Assembly (NCBI GenBank): GCA_013265495.1
Contig: MU057984.1
Span: 1 to 64,000, forward strand
Source of the DNA: Vicugna vicugna
Taxonomy: Eukaryota
Direction: 5' to 3'
Length of the DNA: 64,000 nucleotides
Part shown: positions 49,801-61,999 of the stretch, piece by piece
Layout of the letters: each line of letters starts with the position of its first letter
Position numbering within the stretch: the stretch's first letter is position 1
Notes under the pieces: generated by a model
The model's database searches: none
Seen by the model: the letters and a program-made list of their open reading frames with translations, nothing else
Told to the model about the DNA's origin: nothing
Made by a program: the position numbers and the translations under genes

Positions 49801-51439
49801 TGTTGCAGTGAGAGTATAAACGACTGAGCTGTGGCGCATGCTTTGAATGTTAGTTTTTTGTTAGCTCAAAAATAGATTTGGAAAAGAACCCCCTCCCCTA
49901 GGCCTAGGTGAGGTGAGCAAGACAAAAAGGTATGGATGGATTCAAATATTATGCCATGAGGCATTTCTCAAAATTATTTTTCACCCATATATTATTCCCG
50001 TTCAAAGAGCAAGTTGAAAGCAGCTTGTGGGGAGGAAATAGCTAGTTTCTGTCTGGACATGGTCCTAATCACTGGTAAATTCTTGGTTCACATGATTGCT
50101 AGTAACCTGGACTTTTCTCCTCCTCTTTCCCCCTCCCAATAAATGGCTGCACTTTGCTTGTGATATTTTATGTCTAAGCATCTCTTCAGGTAAATTCTTG
50201 TAACTTACTTCACGGGAGGAAGAAAACCACATCCTGTCCTAGCACATAGGAAGAACTGATCTCATTTTCTAGAATGTTTTATGCGGCATTCATGTAAATT
50301 TCCCTTCCTACGATGGATTACAGATCTCTCTCCTATAATCTCAGTTTGATTTTAAAGTAAAATGTGAAGATTTACAAGTATTTTTTCAAAAGAAATATTA
50401 TCCATGCATTCTAAAGCAATAATTCACTGGAGAATGTAGCAGAATGAAGGAGAAATCTTGATGATGGAAAGAAAATAATCCCAGAAATAGCATTTTGGTT
50501 TGTTTGACCAAAAGGGGACCTTCTGAAACAGCGCACAGCACAGTGTGCTGAGGGATTTGCATGACCATCGCGCACACTAAAAAGTGAACCCCCACGTGAC
50601 AGGTGTTTGAACCAGGTCATAAAAGGCCAGTTTAGATGCCGGAGGTTGATTACTGCATCACAGAAACACCTTTAAGGAGCTTGTGCTGGAAACGTGCCGT
50701 GTAGGCTGAATCTGCAAATCCTTCACCGTTTTCACTTCTCCCCTCTCTAAGTATTATCTCCTGCAGCCAATGAATCCCCTTTCTTCCTAAGTATCACGAG
50801 TGGTGTTACCAGTCAGGTTCTGTTACTTTACCCTTGATTTGCTTCAGATGGTTGTCACAAGAGGAGTCGTTTGTGAGTGCCCGGAGAGGATAAAACTCAA
50901 GACTTCAGTGCCCGGTTTCATCATCACTACACACCCAGTAGAGCAGCCCCCAGTGGTAGCAGATTTCCACGGGTCCTTCCAGGGAAACAGAGAAAACCCA
51001 TTTCCTCCTCAGTCTAGTAGATGTGGCGCTGTCCGCAGCTGCCAACTACCTGGCCGCTGGTGCCTGGTTAAGGTGGGAGTGACTTACTCATAAAAAGCAA
51101 TTGGTGAATAATATACATAAGAACATCCCTGCAAATACCTACCAATAAATTTGACCAGCAGATAAGGCTTCCTGTTGCTTTTCTTACAAAGGAATTTAAT
51201 ACTCTATTCCTGGCTGGATCTGAACCCATCAATTCTGGTAACTTACGCTTTTACTTGCTTGTAATCAAGCCTTTTTTTTTCTGAAAAGGGTGCAGAAATT
51301 TAGTGGACTATCCTAAACAAATTTATTAGTTCCCTGATGGCTTTTTTCTTCTCGTGGACTTTCTGTTCCTTCATTCCCAGAGCACTTTGAAGGTTTTCCT
51401 TAACCTTCATCCTTAGCCTCTCATTCTTCAGCATCACGA

Positions 51440-51785
51440 GATCATGCACTCATTTCACAGATATTAAAGGCCAGGCACTGAGCAGCCCTGACTTTCAAGA
51501 TGCTCAGCACAGAGAAGAGGACACGTGGAAGAGCCCCCGTCATGGCAGTGCTTGCTGCATGAGGAGACAAAAACAGAGCACCTCCTGAGTCAGCCCGAGG
51601 ACTGTGAAGATGCTTATGGGAAGCCATTAGCATCAAGTGAGCTGATTCTTGAGGGACTAGGAAGGACTGGCCAGAAAGACCGGAGTATAGGCAGAGAAGG
51701 AAAGGAAATTCCAAAAGATGGAACAGCATGGCCAAAGACTTGGAGGTTTGAGGGACCTTGGCACGTTGAAAGAAGTGAAGACAAA
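51440..51785 (-). mobile_element. L2 3' fragment
   Basis: CACTCATTTCACAGATATT..GCCAGGCACTG..GAAATTCCAAAAGATGGAACAGCATGGCCAAAG. Confidence 0.65.
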
Positions 51786-52359
51786 CTAGCAGATCTGAAT
51801 CTGTGACTTTCTAGGTCACCTGCTTTAATACAGTGTTCAGATGTTTTCAGGAGATGAGGGATAATCCCACCGCACCAAAGGCACAGGAAAACATTTCTAT
51901 TCTCCCATGAATATGGGCATCAAACCAGAAGGAAAAAATGAAGCAAGCAATTGCTTTTGTACAGGCACAAATCTAGAAAGAGATGGAAGAAGATGAGGAA
52001 CGAGATAGAGGTACAGTTTCTAAACCCCTCTTGTACTGAATCTTTTCAGGATGACTTTTCTTCTTCCTCTTCCTCCTCTTTATTATTATCATTGTCATTA
52101 TTGTAGTTATTTTTGAAGTGCTGCATGTTTATACTGCTCTCAATGACAACCCCAATATTCAACTAAAAATCCAAGTACAGACTGACTCCAATTTATAAAT
52201 ACATTATGTCCTCAAATTCCATTTCTAAATTAGCTGTTTTACCCACAATGTGTTTGCCCACAGAAGCAGTGTTACAAAGGCAGCAGGCACCATCACCTCA
52301 GCTCATTCGCTGCATACATAAGGACTCTCTCTTTCTACTGGAAAGTTCTATGGCTTTTG

Positions 52360-52630
52360 TCAAATGAACAGTGTGATGCACCTACCTTACATTATCATCC
52401 AAAATAGTTTCACTCCCTCCTCAAATCCTCTGAACTTCACCTATTTAATCCTCACTCATCCTTAAACTACTAGCGATCCCTGCTGAATTTACCACCTCTA
52501 CGGTTTGACCTTCCCCAGAATGCCTTATAGATAGAATTATCCAGCATGTAGCCTTTCAACTAGTTTCTTTCACTTAGCCTTATGCGTTTAAGCTTCATCC
52601 ATACCTCTGCACAGCTTGACAGCTAATTCC
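52360..52630 (-). mobile_element. L1MC/MD-type 3'UTR fragment
   Basis: AATAGTTTCACT..CCAGAATGCC..TTTCTTTCACTTAGC. Confidence 0.65.
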
Positions 52631-52634
52631 TTTT

Positions 52635-55600
52635 ATTTATCTTTCTAAATTAATAGATTTTAAGAGCAGTTTTAGGGTCACAGAAAAACTGAGCAAAAAA
52701 TGCAGAGAGTTCCCATGTATCTCCTCAACTCCCATTCCCCACCCACGTCCACCAAGTTTTCCCTGCTGTTAGGATCTTGCATTAGTGTGGTACATTTGTT
52801 ACGATTGATGAGCCAGTATTAATACATAATTTTTAACTAAAGTCCATGGTTTACATTAAGGTTCATTTTTCGTATTTTACATTTACGAATTTTGAAAACT
52901 GTATAGTGACATGTATTTACCAGTACAGAGTCATGCAGCACAGTAATCTCACTGCTCTAAAAATCGCCTGTGCCCCGCCTATCACGCCTCCCTCCCTCCC
53001 TCCCTGCAAGTCCATGGCAACCGCTGATCTTGTTACTGTCTACACAGTTTTGCCATTTCTGGAATGTCATATATGGGATCATACATTATGTAGCCTTTTT
53101 AGATTGGCTACTTTCACTTAGCAATATGCATTTACTTCATATATGGATGCACCATGGCTTATCCATTCCCCTATTGAAGTACACGTTCGTGCTTCCAAGT
53201 TTAACAATTATGAACAAAGTTGATGAAACATCTAGGTGCAACTTTTAGTGTGGATGTAAGTTTTCAACTCTACTGGGAAAATACCAAGAAGTATAAATGC
53301 TGGATCTGATTAAATTGTTTATTTTTGTAAGAAACTGCCAAGCTGTCTGCCAAAGTGCCAGCACCATTTTGCATTCTCACCAACACGAATGAAGGCTTCT
53401 GTTGCTCCATATCTTCATCAGTATTTGATGTTGTCAGTGTTTTGGGTTTTAGCCATTCTAAGAGGTGTGTAATGTTTTAATTAGCAATTTCCTAATGATG
53501 TGATGTTGAGCATATTTTTATATGCTTATTTCCAATTTGTATATCTTTTGATAAAGTGTGTGTTCATATTTGTCGCCCACTTTCTTATTGAGTTTGAAGA
53601 GTTCTTTGCATATTTTAGATATTTTTATCATCTATGTCCTTTATCATATGTACATCTTATATTTTCTCTAAATACTTTTTATTTAGTTTTTTTCCCTTCA
53701 TTTTTTACCTTCTCTGGCTTTAAGTTTTCATTTAATATGACGCCTTTCTATCTCCTCTCTTAGCATTATCAGTTATATTTCGTTTTAAAAATATTAGTGG
53801 TTGCCATAGAGTTTACAATTTTAACTATTCTAAGTCCACATTCAAATAACGCTATATTGCTTCATGTGTAACGCAGGTACCTTATAAAAGAACATTACCA
53901 ATCATCCCTCTCATCCCCGTGAGACTGCTATCATTCACTTCACTTACATATGCTATAATCACTCAATTCATTGTTAATATATTTTTTAATTTCATGAACT
54001 TTTATTTTTAATTCACTGCTACTATTATTGCTTTAGAGAGTTATATTTTATATGTTAAGCTTATGAAAAAATATTTTATTTTACCTTCATTTATTTCTCT
54101 ACCATTTTTTTTTCTTCATGTAGGTTTGAGTCTGATCTATGTCATTTTCCTTTTGTCTGAAAAAAAATTTCTTAACATTTCTTATAAGGCAGCTCTGTTT
54201 AAGATAATTTCCTTCAGCTTTTGTTTAAAAAACTCTTTATTTCTCCTTCACTTTTGAAAGAAAATTCTGGATACAGAAATCGAGGGTTTTGGGGGACACT
54301 TTAAACATTTTATTCTACATGCATCTTTCTTGCCTGGTTTCTCACAAGAAATTTACTATGCTCCTTATTCTTGTTGCTCTATAGGCAAGGTGTTTACAAC
54401 CCACCATCAGCTTCTTTCAAGATCTTTTTCTTTGCCTTTGCTTTAGTTTAGATGTGATGTGCGTAGGTGTGGCTTTTTTGGTTGTTATTTTGTTTTGTTT
54501 TTGGCATGTATCCTGATTGGTTTTCTCCAAGTTTCCTGGATCTGTGGTTTTGGGTATGTCAATAATTTCACGAAGTTGTGGACCATGAATACTTCAAATG
54601 TTTCATTTGTTTGGTGTTTTCTTCTGCTTCTGACACTCCAACTACACATAATTTACACCTTCTTGATTCTGTATCCCCGTTCTAGGATGCCGTAATGTTT
54701 ATTCTTCTTTCCTCTTTGCATTTAAATTTGAGATGTATTCGTTACCTACTGATAAGCCACTGCAAGTTTTTATTTTTGATGCCGTTGTTTGTTTATTTCT
54801 AGCATTCACCTTTGATTCTTTCTTAGCATCTCCACCTCTTTGCTTACTCTGCCCATGTACATTCATTCTTTCATGGCATCGCTTTTTTCCCCACAAGAGC
54901 AGTTAACATGTATTTTAAACTTATTTTGTAATAATTCCAGTATCTGTGCCATATTTAAGAGTGGTCCTGATACTTGTTTCATTTCTTCAGTCTTCCCTTG
55001 CCTCTTAGCATGCCTTCTAATTCTGTACTGAAAGCTGAACGTGATGTATCAGGAAACAGGAACTGAGGTAAACAAGCATTTAGTGTGCATTTATCGTAAT
55101 CTTGCTGAGGGTTTGACTGTGTTTATGTTTGGTGTAGCTATAGATGCCAGAAAGTTCAAAGTCCTCTAGTGTCCTTGTCTTTTTTTTTTTCTTCTCTTGA
55201 CTTAAGGTTTCCCTTTTTTCTTCTCTTGACTTAAGGTTTCCCTAAGTATTCTTCCTCAGAGAGTCTGTCCTGCAGCTATTTCAACTGTTACCCACTGTTA
55301 TTATACTGGAAACCTGTTGGTGAATGGGTAAGGAATGGGAATGGAGGCATATTCTATAATCTTCTGAGTAAATCTCAGTGTCTTGGCGCCCTGTGTATTA
55401 CGGCCTCCTTAGAGTTCTTCCAGTGGCATAGCTTCCCCCACCCCGTGCCCCCAGCCCCAGCCCTACGGTGCCTTCCCTGGCTGCACCATCACAACATGTT
55501 TCCTTGAAGTCCTGAATCTTGCTGACTGTGTCTTCCCCTCTTCTGTGAGACAGGAAGATTAGAGGAGGCTAGAACGGGAGAAATTCCCTTCTTCCAGCTA

Positions 55601-56030
55601 TGATAAGGCCCGGGAAAGTCCTTTTTCCGGCAAGATTTTGTTATGGAGAAGGCTCAGAACATACTTCATGAAGGTTACTCTTCTCTCTTCCTTACCAGAG
55701 CTGTGAAGGCAACTTTCTTGGATTTCACTGTGAGAACTTGGTAAGGTTCCTAAAGATAAAGCCCACAAAAGCGAGGAGCCTCTCCTCTCCTGAGACCCTC
55801 TACGACTTTCTCACTCTCAGGCTAATTCTTCTCCAGGTGAACAGATTTTGGTTGTTTCTTAGATGTGCTTGTCTCTTTAGACTTGGGGGTAGCAATTTGC
55901 CCCGTGACCTTAGTTCTTTGATGGGTCCAAGAAAAGTCATTCATTTCCAGTTTGTCCAGCTTCTGATTATAAGGGTGGGTGTAATGACTTCCATGCTCTT
56001 TATGTGTTTGTGCTAAAACTAGAAGTGCAA
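52635..56030 (-). mobile_element. Old L1 (L1MC/MD-type): 3'UTR and ORF2 end joined to inter-ORF, ORF1 and 5' region
   Basis: TTAAGAGCAGTTTTAGGGTCACAGAAAAACTGAGC (3' end); ORF2 end to ~53650; ORF1-type sequence CTTTATTTCTCCTTCACTTTTGAA at ~54240; 5'-type sequence to ~56030. Confidence 0.75.
55185..55242. repeat. Perfect 29-bp tandem duplication
   Basis: TTTTTTCTTCTCTTGACTTAAGGTTTCCC x2 (55185-55213, 55214-55242). Confidence 0.9.
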
Positions 56031-56239
56031 ACATTTCTATGTATAGATTAGGCTGTTTATATCCATGAAGTCAGATAGAAAAAAATATAATTTATTCTAG
56101 TTTATTCACAAAATTAAAATTCCAAGTTAAAATATTTTTAGGAAGAACGTTTTGTGTCCAAAGAGAACACACATGGCAGAGCTGAAATAAAACTAAGCTT
56201 GCACTATATTTATACTAGCATAATTGCATCTGTATGAAT

Positions 56240-56430
56240 TTGGTTCCCAGCAAACATTTATATACCTCGGACTGTGTTTGGAACATGATGCTGTGTTCCA
56301 ACAATACAGGAAGGACAAGGATGAGATCCCCAAACTCAGGGAGCTGACAGTCAGCTGGAGACAGACAGTGAATAAAGAATATGACCTATGTTATAAAAAA
56401 AATGAGCATGCTGTTATAGGAAGAATGAGG
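56240..56430 (-). mobile_element. L2 3' end
   Basis: CAGCAAACATTTAT..CTCAGGGAGCTGACAGTCAGCTGGAGACAGACA. Confidence 0.6.
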
Positions 56431-56874
56431 TGCTCCTTACTGTGAAAGTACAATTTCAGAATTAGTTTTCCATATATTCATGTAGATTTCTGTTCAAAGC
56501 ACTTTGAAATGAACTCAGTAATGGGGTTTGTCCCCTAGAGATCATGAGACTTTGGAAGGTGTCAGGGACATATGTTAAAAAGGAGTTCTGCACATAAATT
56601 GCATTAGCATCAGTGTTAATCCCCATTTCCCTAATCGGCTTATTGAAAGCCACCTCCAATATTGACATTTCTCTATTTTATCTTCTTTTCTAAAAACCTT
56701 ATGATCCAGTTTTGACAGGAACACACATATTTAATTCTCAAGAAAATTATATATGTTTGAGATATCATAGTCTTAACTGTTTTTTTTTAAAGCAGTATCA
56801 CTGCATTTTTAAAGAACAAAATATGATAGATAGTCTCAGAAAGCAGAGATATGTACTCGACAAAGAATAACAGA

Positions 56875-56945
56875 ATCACCTGATTGGCACCAGGACATGC
56901 ATTGCCTAGCAACCTGCTGTGATTTGCATTGATTAAGTCAGCAGG
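56875..56945. promoter_or_regulatory. Candidate promoter/enhancer: NF-Y, RFX X-box, octamer and MARE-like motifs
   Basis: CTGATTGG 56880-56887, TTGCCTAGCAAC 56902-56913, ATTTGCAT 56922-56929 and GTCAGCA 56937-56943, all in non-repeat sequence. Confidence 0.45.
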
Positions 56946-57062
56946 TTCCATGGTCCCAAGGAATAAGGGGATCTCTGTACTAACCTTTCAAATATTTATT
57001 ACTTTTTAGGCTTCCAAAGTTTATACTCAATTATTTCCTTTTGCTTTTTTATTGTCCTCCAG

Positions 57063-57082
57063 ACCTGGGCATGAAGCAATAC
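57063..57082 (+). other. Candidate 20-nt micro-exon (or 3' end of a first exon)
   Basis: TTTCCTTTTGCTTTTTTATTGTCCTCCAG | ACCTGGGCATGAAGCAATAC | GTGAGT. Confidence 0.35.
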
Positions 57083-57701
57083 GTGAGTTTCCTTTTTGCA
57101 TTCTGACAATAGATACAGACCACTTGTTTACAAAAAAATGCTGCAACTCTGAGGTATCTCTCAAACGACTTAATAAAACTGTCATTTTCCCTATGACTCT
57201 CTTATTATTATTTTAATTTTCCTTTTCTCACACCCTCACCTCACAGGCAGTATGTGTTTCACTTACAAACAACACCTGGGATACTGATTTTTCTTGATAT
57301 TTTAAAGTAATGCCTCTTGGTTTTTATACTCTCTAAAAGACTAAGACTAGAGCTTAAAAGAAAACACTGAAGTGTTCCCATAATTTAAAGTGGAGTCACA
57401 ACATCTTATTTTTAATCTTTTGGGGACCACCCTTTGTACTGTTTTTGCTAGACCAAAGAAATGGAAGAGACATCGTGCCCAAGAAGATGATTTATCACAG
57501 CCCTCCTTCTGGCCATGTCCTAATAAGCAGTGTGTCTTCCTTTCCCGCCCTCCCTTGGTACTGCCCTCTCACGAAGGCTGTGGAAAATCTGAGAGGACCA
57601 GAGCGTCCTGTAATTCTCAGCACACTGTATTCCCCTCCTGTATGTCCACAATCTTAAATGGCCTTTAAAACATCTCTGTATCTCTGGCTTCCCCTTTCTA
57701 G

Positions 57702-57734
57702 ATGCTCCAGCATGAAACCTGAATGGCTCCCAAG
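57702..57734 (+). other. Candidate 33-nt exon
   Basis: TCTCTGGCTTCCCCTTTCTAG | ATGCTCCAGCATGAAACCTGAATGGCTCCCAAG | GTAAGC. Confidence 0.35.
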
Positions 57735-60498
57735 GTAAGCCCTGGCCAGCCAGCTGCCGCAGTTAAAGCAGGGCCTGATGCTGGCCTCTGTGATAGGCAG
57801 TGGTCCAGGCTGTCAGCCCTGAGCTCAGTCTCTCCATCCATAAACACAAAGGACACAGGTAAAGATAAGAACATAAATCGTTACCTGTCAAGTTGCAAAG
57901 AAACAGTATTTCTCTCCTCCTTTATTAAAAGGACTTGCTTAGTAATCCTGAAAGTAAAACCCTGTAGGTCTAGTGCTTTATGCCTTGTCACACAACCACG
58001 GCTAAGATGAGCTAACCATACGATCTATTCTTCCACTGAGAAGTGAGAGCAGGCTTCCCAGACAGAGTCAGAACAGACTGGCAGAAGCCCTCCATCTTCC
58101 CTGATGGAGTCAGGAATGGGCCAGACTCTGCAGTGAACTCACCCCTGCCCTGTGGAGATCAGAGTCGCCAATATCTGCATCTACACAGTCTGCCCTCGAT
58201 CCACCAGGACACATTTGAAGCAGATACAAAAGCTGCTTAAGAACCAACATTAGCTTAAAGCATTAGAATATGCTTTTTCCACCTGAATAATTTTGTTATT
58301 AAAAAGTTTCTGGAAGAGACAGCACCAGCAAAGAACAGAAGCTGAATCTACCAAATATTCACTGGGTTGTTCTAATATTTCCCTGTGAGAATAAACTAAT
58401 GAATTCACAGATCATCAGTATACATACTGCTCAAAAATCCCTTTAGTCTTTTGGAGGCCAGAAAAATGAGAGGCCCACAACAATCCACTTGTTTCTTTCA
58501 CTTAGCAGTCACTGGTCATCTGAAACATGATGCCCAATGCCCTAGACATCAGAAATAGGAATATTAAAAACAACTTCTATAGTATCTGCTTAAGAAAGAC
58601 ACAGTCAAATAGCAACTGGCTATATCTGTCATATCAAGTTGTAGATGCCAGTTTTATGTGCATGTTAATTATCTGGGATTATTTAATTTCAAGCACTTAA
58701 ACATACACATCACGGAACCTGAGGTTTAAACTGTTCCCACAGGTGAGATACAAAATGGAGCATTTAGGTGATTCCACACATGTTAAGCCCAAAGACTCTT
58801 TACCTGAAACACTCAACAAATGGAGGCTATGGTACCTTCTTGGCTTGAATTATTCAAATGATTTCCTCCACTTTCCATCTGGTTTTGCATAAGCAGACCC
58901 AATCAAAAATATGAGAGCAGCCTCTCTGTTCCACGGTCACTGCTTCTACTGTGACCGCTGGAACTCATAAGTGCTAGGACTGTTGACTGGCGCCATATTG
59001 TTTAAGGCAGGTTGACAAAGGAAGATACAAAGGCTGGGAGAGTCAGTGAGTGGATGCTGTCCTCCTATAGGTAGTTTGAAATCAAACTTAATTGAGGGCT
59101 TCAGAAAGGAGGGGTGATCCCCAGAAAACATTAAAGAGAACTGATCAGCCCGACTGTTGGTAAGAAGAGAGGGGTAAGAGATGATACTTTTTTTAATGGC
59201 ACTATACTTCTGCTTCCAGCCAAAATACATTAATAAGGACTGAAATTATCTTTTCACATAAAACAAACTAAAAAGAAAAACTTGCCACATATATGAAAAA
59301 CTTGTTTTCAAGGCATCGTGCAATGAGGGGCAGCAATTGCTGAGACCTGGAAAACAAACTGGTCAACCTAACTGTTGATGTGATATATGGAAGAAATATG
59401 ATTAAAAAGTGGCAACAGATACCGAATGTTGGGAGATGCGAGGTCATGTTCCATAAAAGTAAAGACTCACTTAGACAAGCCACGACTGAAAAGACAGATG
59501 AAGGGTGAGGTTTAGTTTGGGTTTTTTGATTTTTGCTTGTTTTATTTCCACTCTCTCCTAGACACATGCTCCAAGTTGAGAGGCTCTAAACAACTTGTGG
59601 CCAAAGATCAGCAAAACAGGAGTAGGAAAAATGTATTTTAAAAAATCCATCATACTGACTGGTGGAAGCTGTACCTTAAAGGGGATGTGAGTTCTGTAAG
59701 GGAGTGCAAATCAAGAGTGATAAGACTGACCCATTTTTCCCTAGAGACTTGTTGAGCTGTATTTCATTTTATCTTATACTAGATCTTTAAAGCTCAAACT
59801 GTCATAGAGGAGTGGCAATTGTCCGCTGAGTTGAGGTGGTAAATAACTCAGCTTCAGTCCCAGTATGTTTTCAATTTTTACATTAATAGAGGTGAAAAGC
59901 AGATGTCTAAGAAATAGTTCTCATTTGTCTGTGTTTGGAACATTTTCTTAGTATTATCAGTGACCTAAGTAAAAAAAAAAAATCACCAGCTATTAACATT
60001 ACTTAAATATTCATACAACAAAGAAGAAAACTGTAGTTTCGGCATAAACACAGAGGCACTCCTTCTCGCTAAATACGGTCTCATCTTAATGACATTCGTT
60101 TGCTCATTTATAGCTGGGATTTCTGCCAAGCTTTTCGTGAAATAAGACTTGTTTATGACTAAGATTTCCACAGCTTCAAAACATTTTCGACTAGATATTT
60201 GAGAAACTTAACAATATCTTCTTCCCCTAAAGTCATTATAATTCATGGAGATATCAGTGTTGAATAATTTGAATTTCTTGTGGTTGCCAAAGTTACACTC
60301 AGTATTTTTATAGTCAGTGGATTAAGGACACCTTTAGCTCTCTCTTGAATTTGCTGAAGTGGAACCGGACGTCTTCAACCTGCTTTCATACCTCTCACCT
60401 TATGGTGTCAGCCCACAGGGTTTCATATTATTTGTCCCAATGGAAAATATAAAAGACTTCCATAAATTAGGACTTAATATTTAAAATGTTTATTGCTT

Positions 60499-61608
60499 AT
60501 TAGGTATATGATTTGCAATTATTTTCTCCCAGTCTGTAGGTTGCATTTTCATTTTGACTGTTCCTTTTGCTGTGCAAAAGCTTTTTAGTTTAATGTAGTC
60601 CTATTTGTTGATTTTCGCCTTTGTCCTCTGTGCTTTTGGTGTTAAATTCAAAAGTTCATTGCTAAGACCAATGTTGAGGAGCTTTTTGCTACATTTTCTT
60701 GTAGGAGTTTTATAGTTTAGTCTTTAATCCATTTTAAGTTGATTTTTGCATATAGCATAAGACAATGGTATAATTTCATTCTTTTGCATTTAAATAGACC
60801 ATTTCTCCAAAAACATTTACTGAAGAGAAACTATCTTTTCCCCACTGTGTATTCTTTTTTAAAACTGAGATACAAGTGACATATAACATATTCATTTCAG
60901 GTGCAGAACATAATGATTTAATATTTGTATATATTGTGAAACGGTCACCATAATAAATCTAGTTAGCATCTGTCATTGTACACAGCTACCAATTTTTTTT
61001 CTTGAGATGAGAACTTTAAAGATTTACTCTATTTGCACGTATACAATACAGTATTTTTAACTATAGTCACTATGCTGCATGTTACTTCTCCATGATTTAT
61101 TCATTTTATAACTGGGTGAAATGGGTGAAGGTGGAAATGGATGAAGGTGGTCAAAAGGTATAAATTTCCAGTTATAAACTTTCCATTGTGTATTCTCGGT
61201 GCACTTGGCAAAGGAAATATGATATAATCTTACTTATATACGGAATCTAAAAAAAGCCAAACTCAAAGGAGAGCAGAATGGTGTGTTGCCAGGGGCTAGA
61301 GGGTGAGGGAAAGGGGGAGATATTGGGTAAGGGTACCAACTTTCACTTATGAGATGACTAAGTTCTGGATATCTAACATATAGCATGGTGACTACAGTTA
61401 ATACTATATTGTATATTTGAAATTTGCTAAGAGAGTAGATCATAATTACATAGTCTCACCACACACAAAAAATGGTAACTATGTATTAATTAGCTTGATT
61501 GTGGTAATCATTTCAAAATATTTATGTATATCAAATTGTAACACTGTATACCTTAAATATACACAATTTTAATTTGTCTATTATATCTCAATAAAGCTGG
61601 AATAAAAT
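60499..61608 (+). mobile_element. 5'-inverted L1 (antisense ORF2 piece followed by sense 3'UTR)
   Basis: Minus-strand ORF2 from 60499 to ~61212, then plus-strand 3'UTR ~61213-61608 ending CTCAATAAAGCTGG plus an A-rich tail. Degenerate TSD AAATGTTTATTGCTT / AAATGATTGCTGCTT. Confidence 0.75.
60856..61182 (-). mobile_element. Nested L1 3'UTR fragment with its own 5' inversion
   Basis: T-run, minus 3'UTR to 61115, plus-oriented piece 61116-61178. TSD CCACTGTGTATTCT (60842-60855) / CCATTGTGTATTCT (61183-61196). Confidence 0.82.
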
Positions 61609-61999
61609 AAATGATTGCTGCTTCATAATGTTCCCATTTGACAATGAGATCCAGGATTGCCCTGTCACTAGCCATGCAATGTATTTTAATTGAAAAATTT
61701 TCCTCAACATGCACTGTCCATCAACAGATAATTTGGCTTTGCTTTAAAACATGTTATGGACAAGATATTAATTCTTGGATGACTTAGCTCAAAGGCCAGT
61801 TCCAGCAGAGACTCTGGCAACACCCACATACTCCTATAACAAGTTCTAATAAGAAACACAAACATATCACTCTTACAACCCCAAGCTTTAAGCACCACTT
61901 CGCACCTACAAAGATGGTAGTAAAACAGGCACTATTGTATTTCCATAAGCTTCTCTGCAAACTCACCCGACACCCCTAAGATCAGCCAGTATATCCTAT

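Noticed and set aside
56875..56945. MHC class II S-X-Y promoter module
   Set aside because: It shares CCTAGCAAC, CTGATTGG and the octamer with HLA-DRA, but the order is Y-X-Oct rather than X-X2-Y-Oct, there is no X2 CRE, and no MHC exons follow.
59500..59640. Further + strand exon starting at 59562
   Set aside because: Good acceptor, but stops appear in all frames within ~80 nt and no clear donor follows. It cannot be supported without RNA data.
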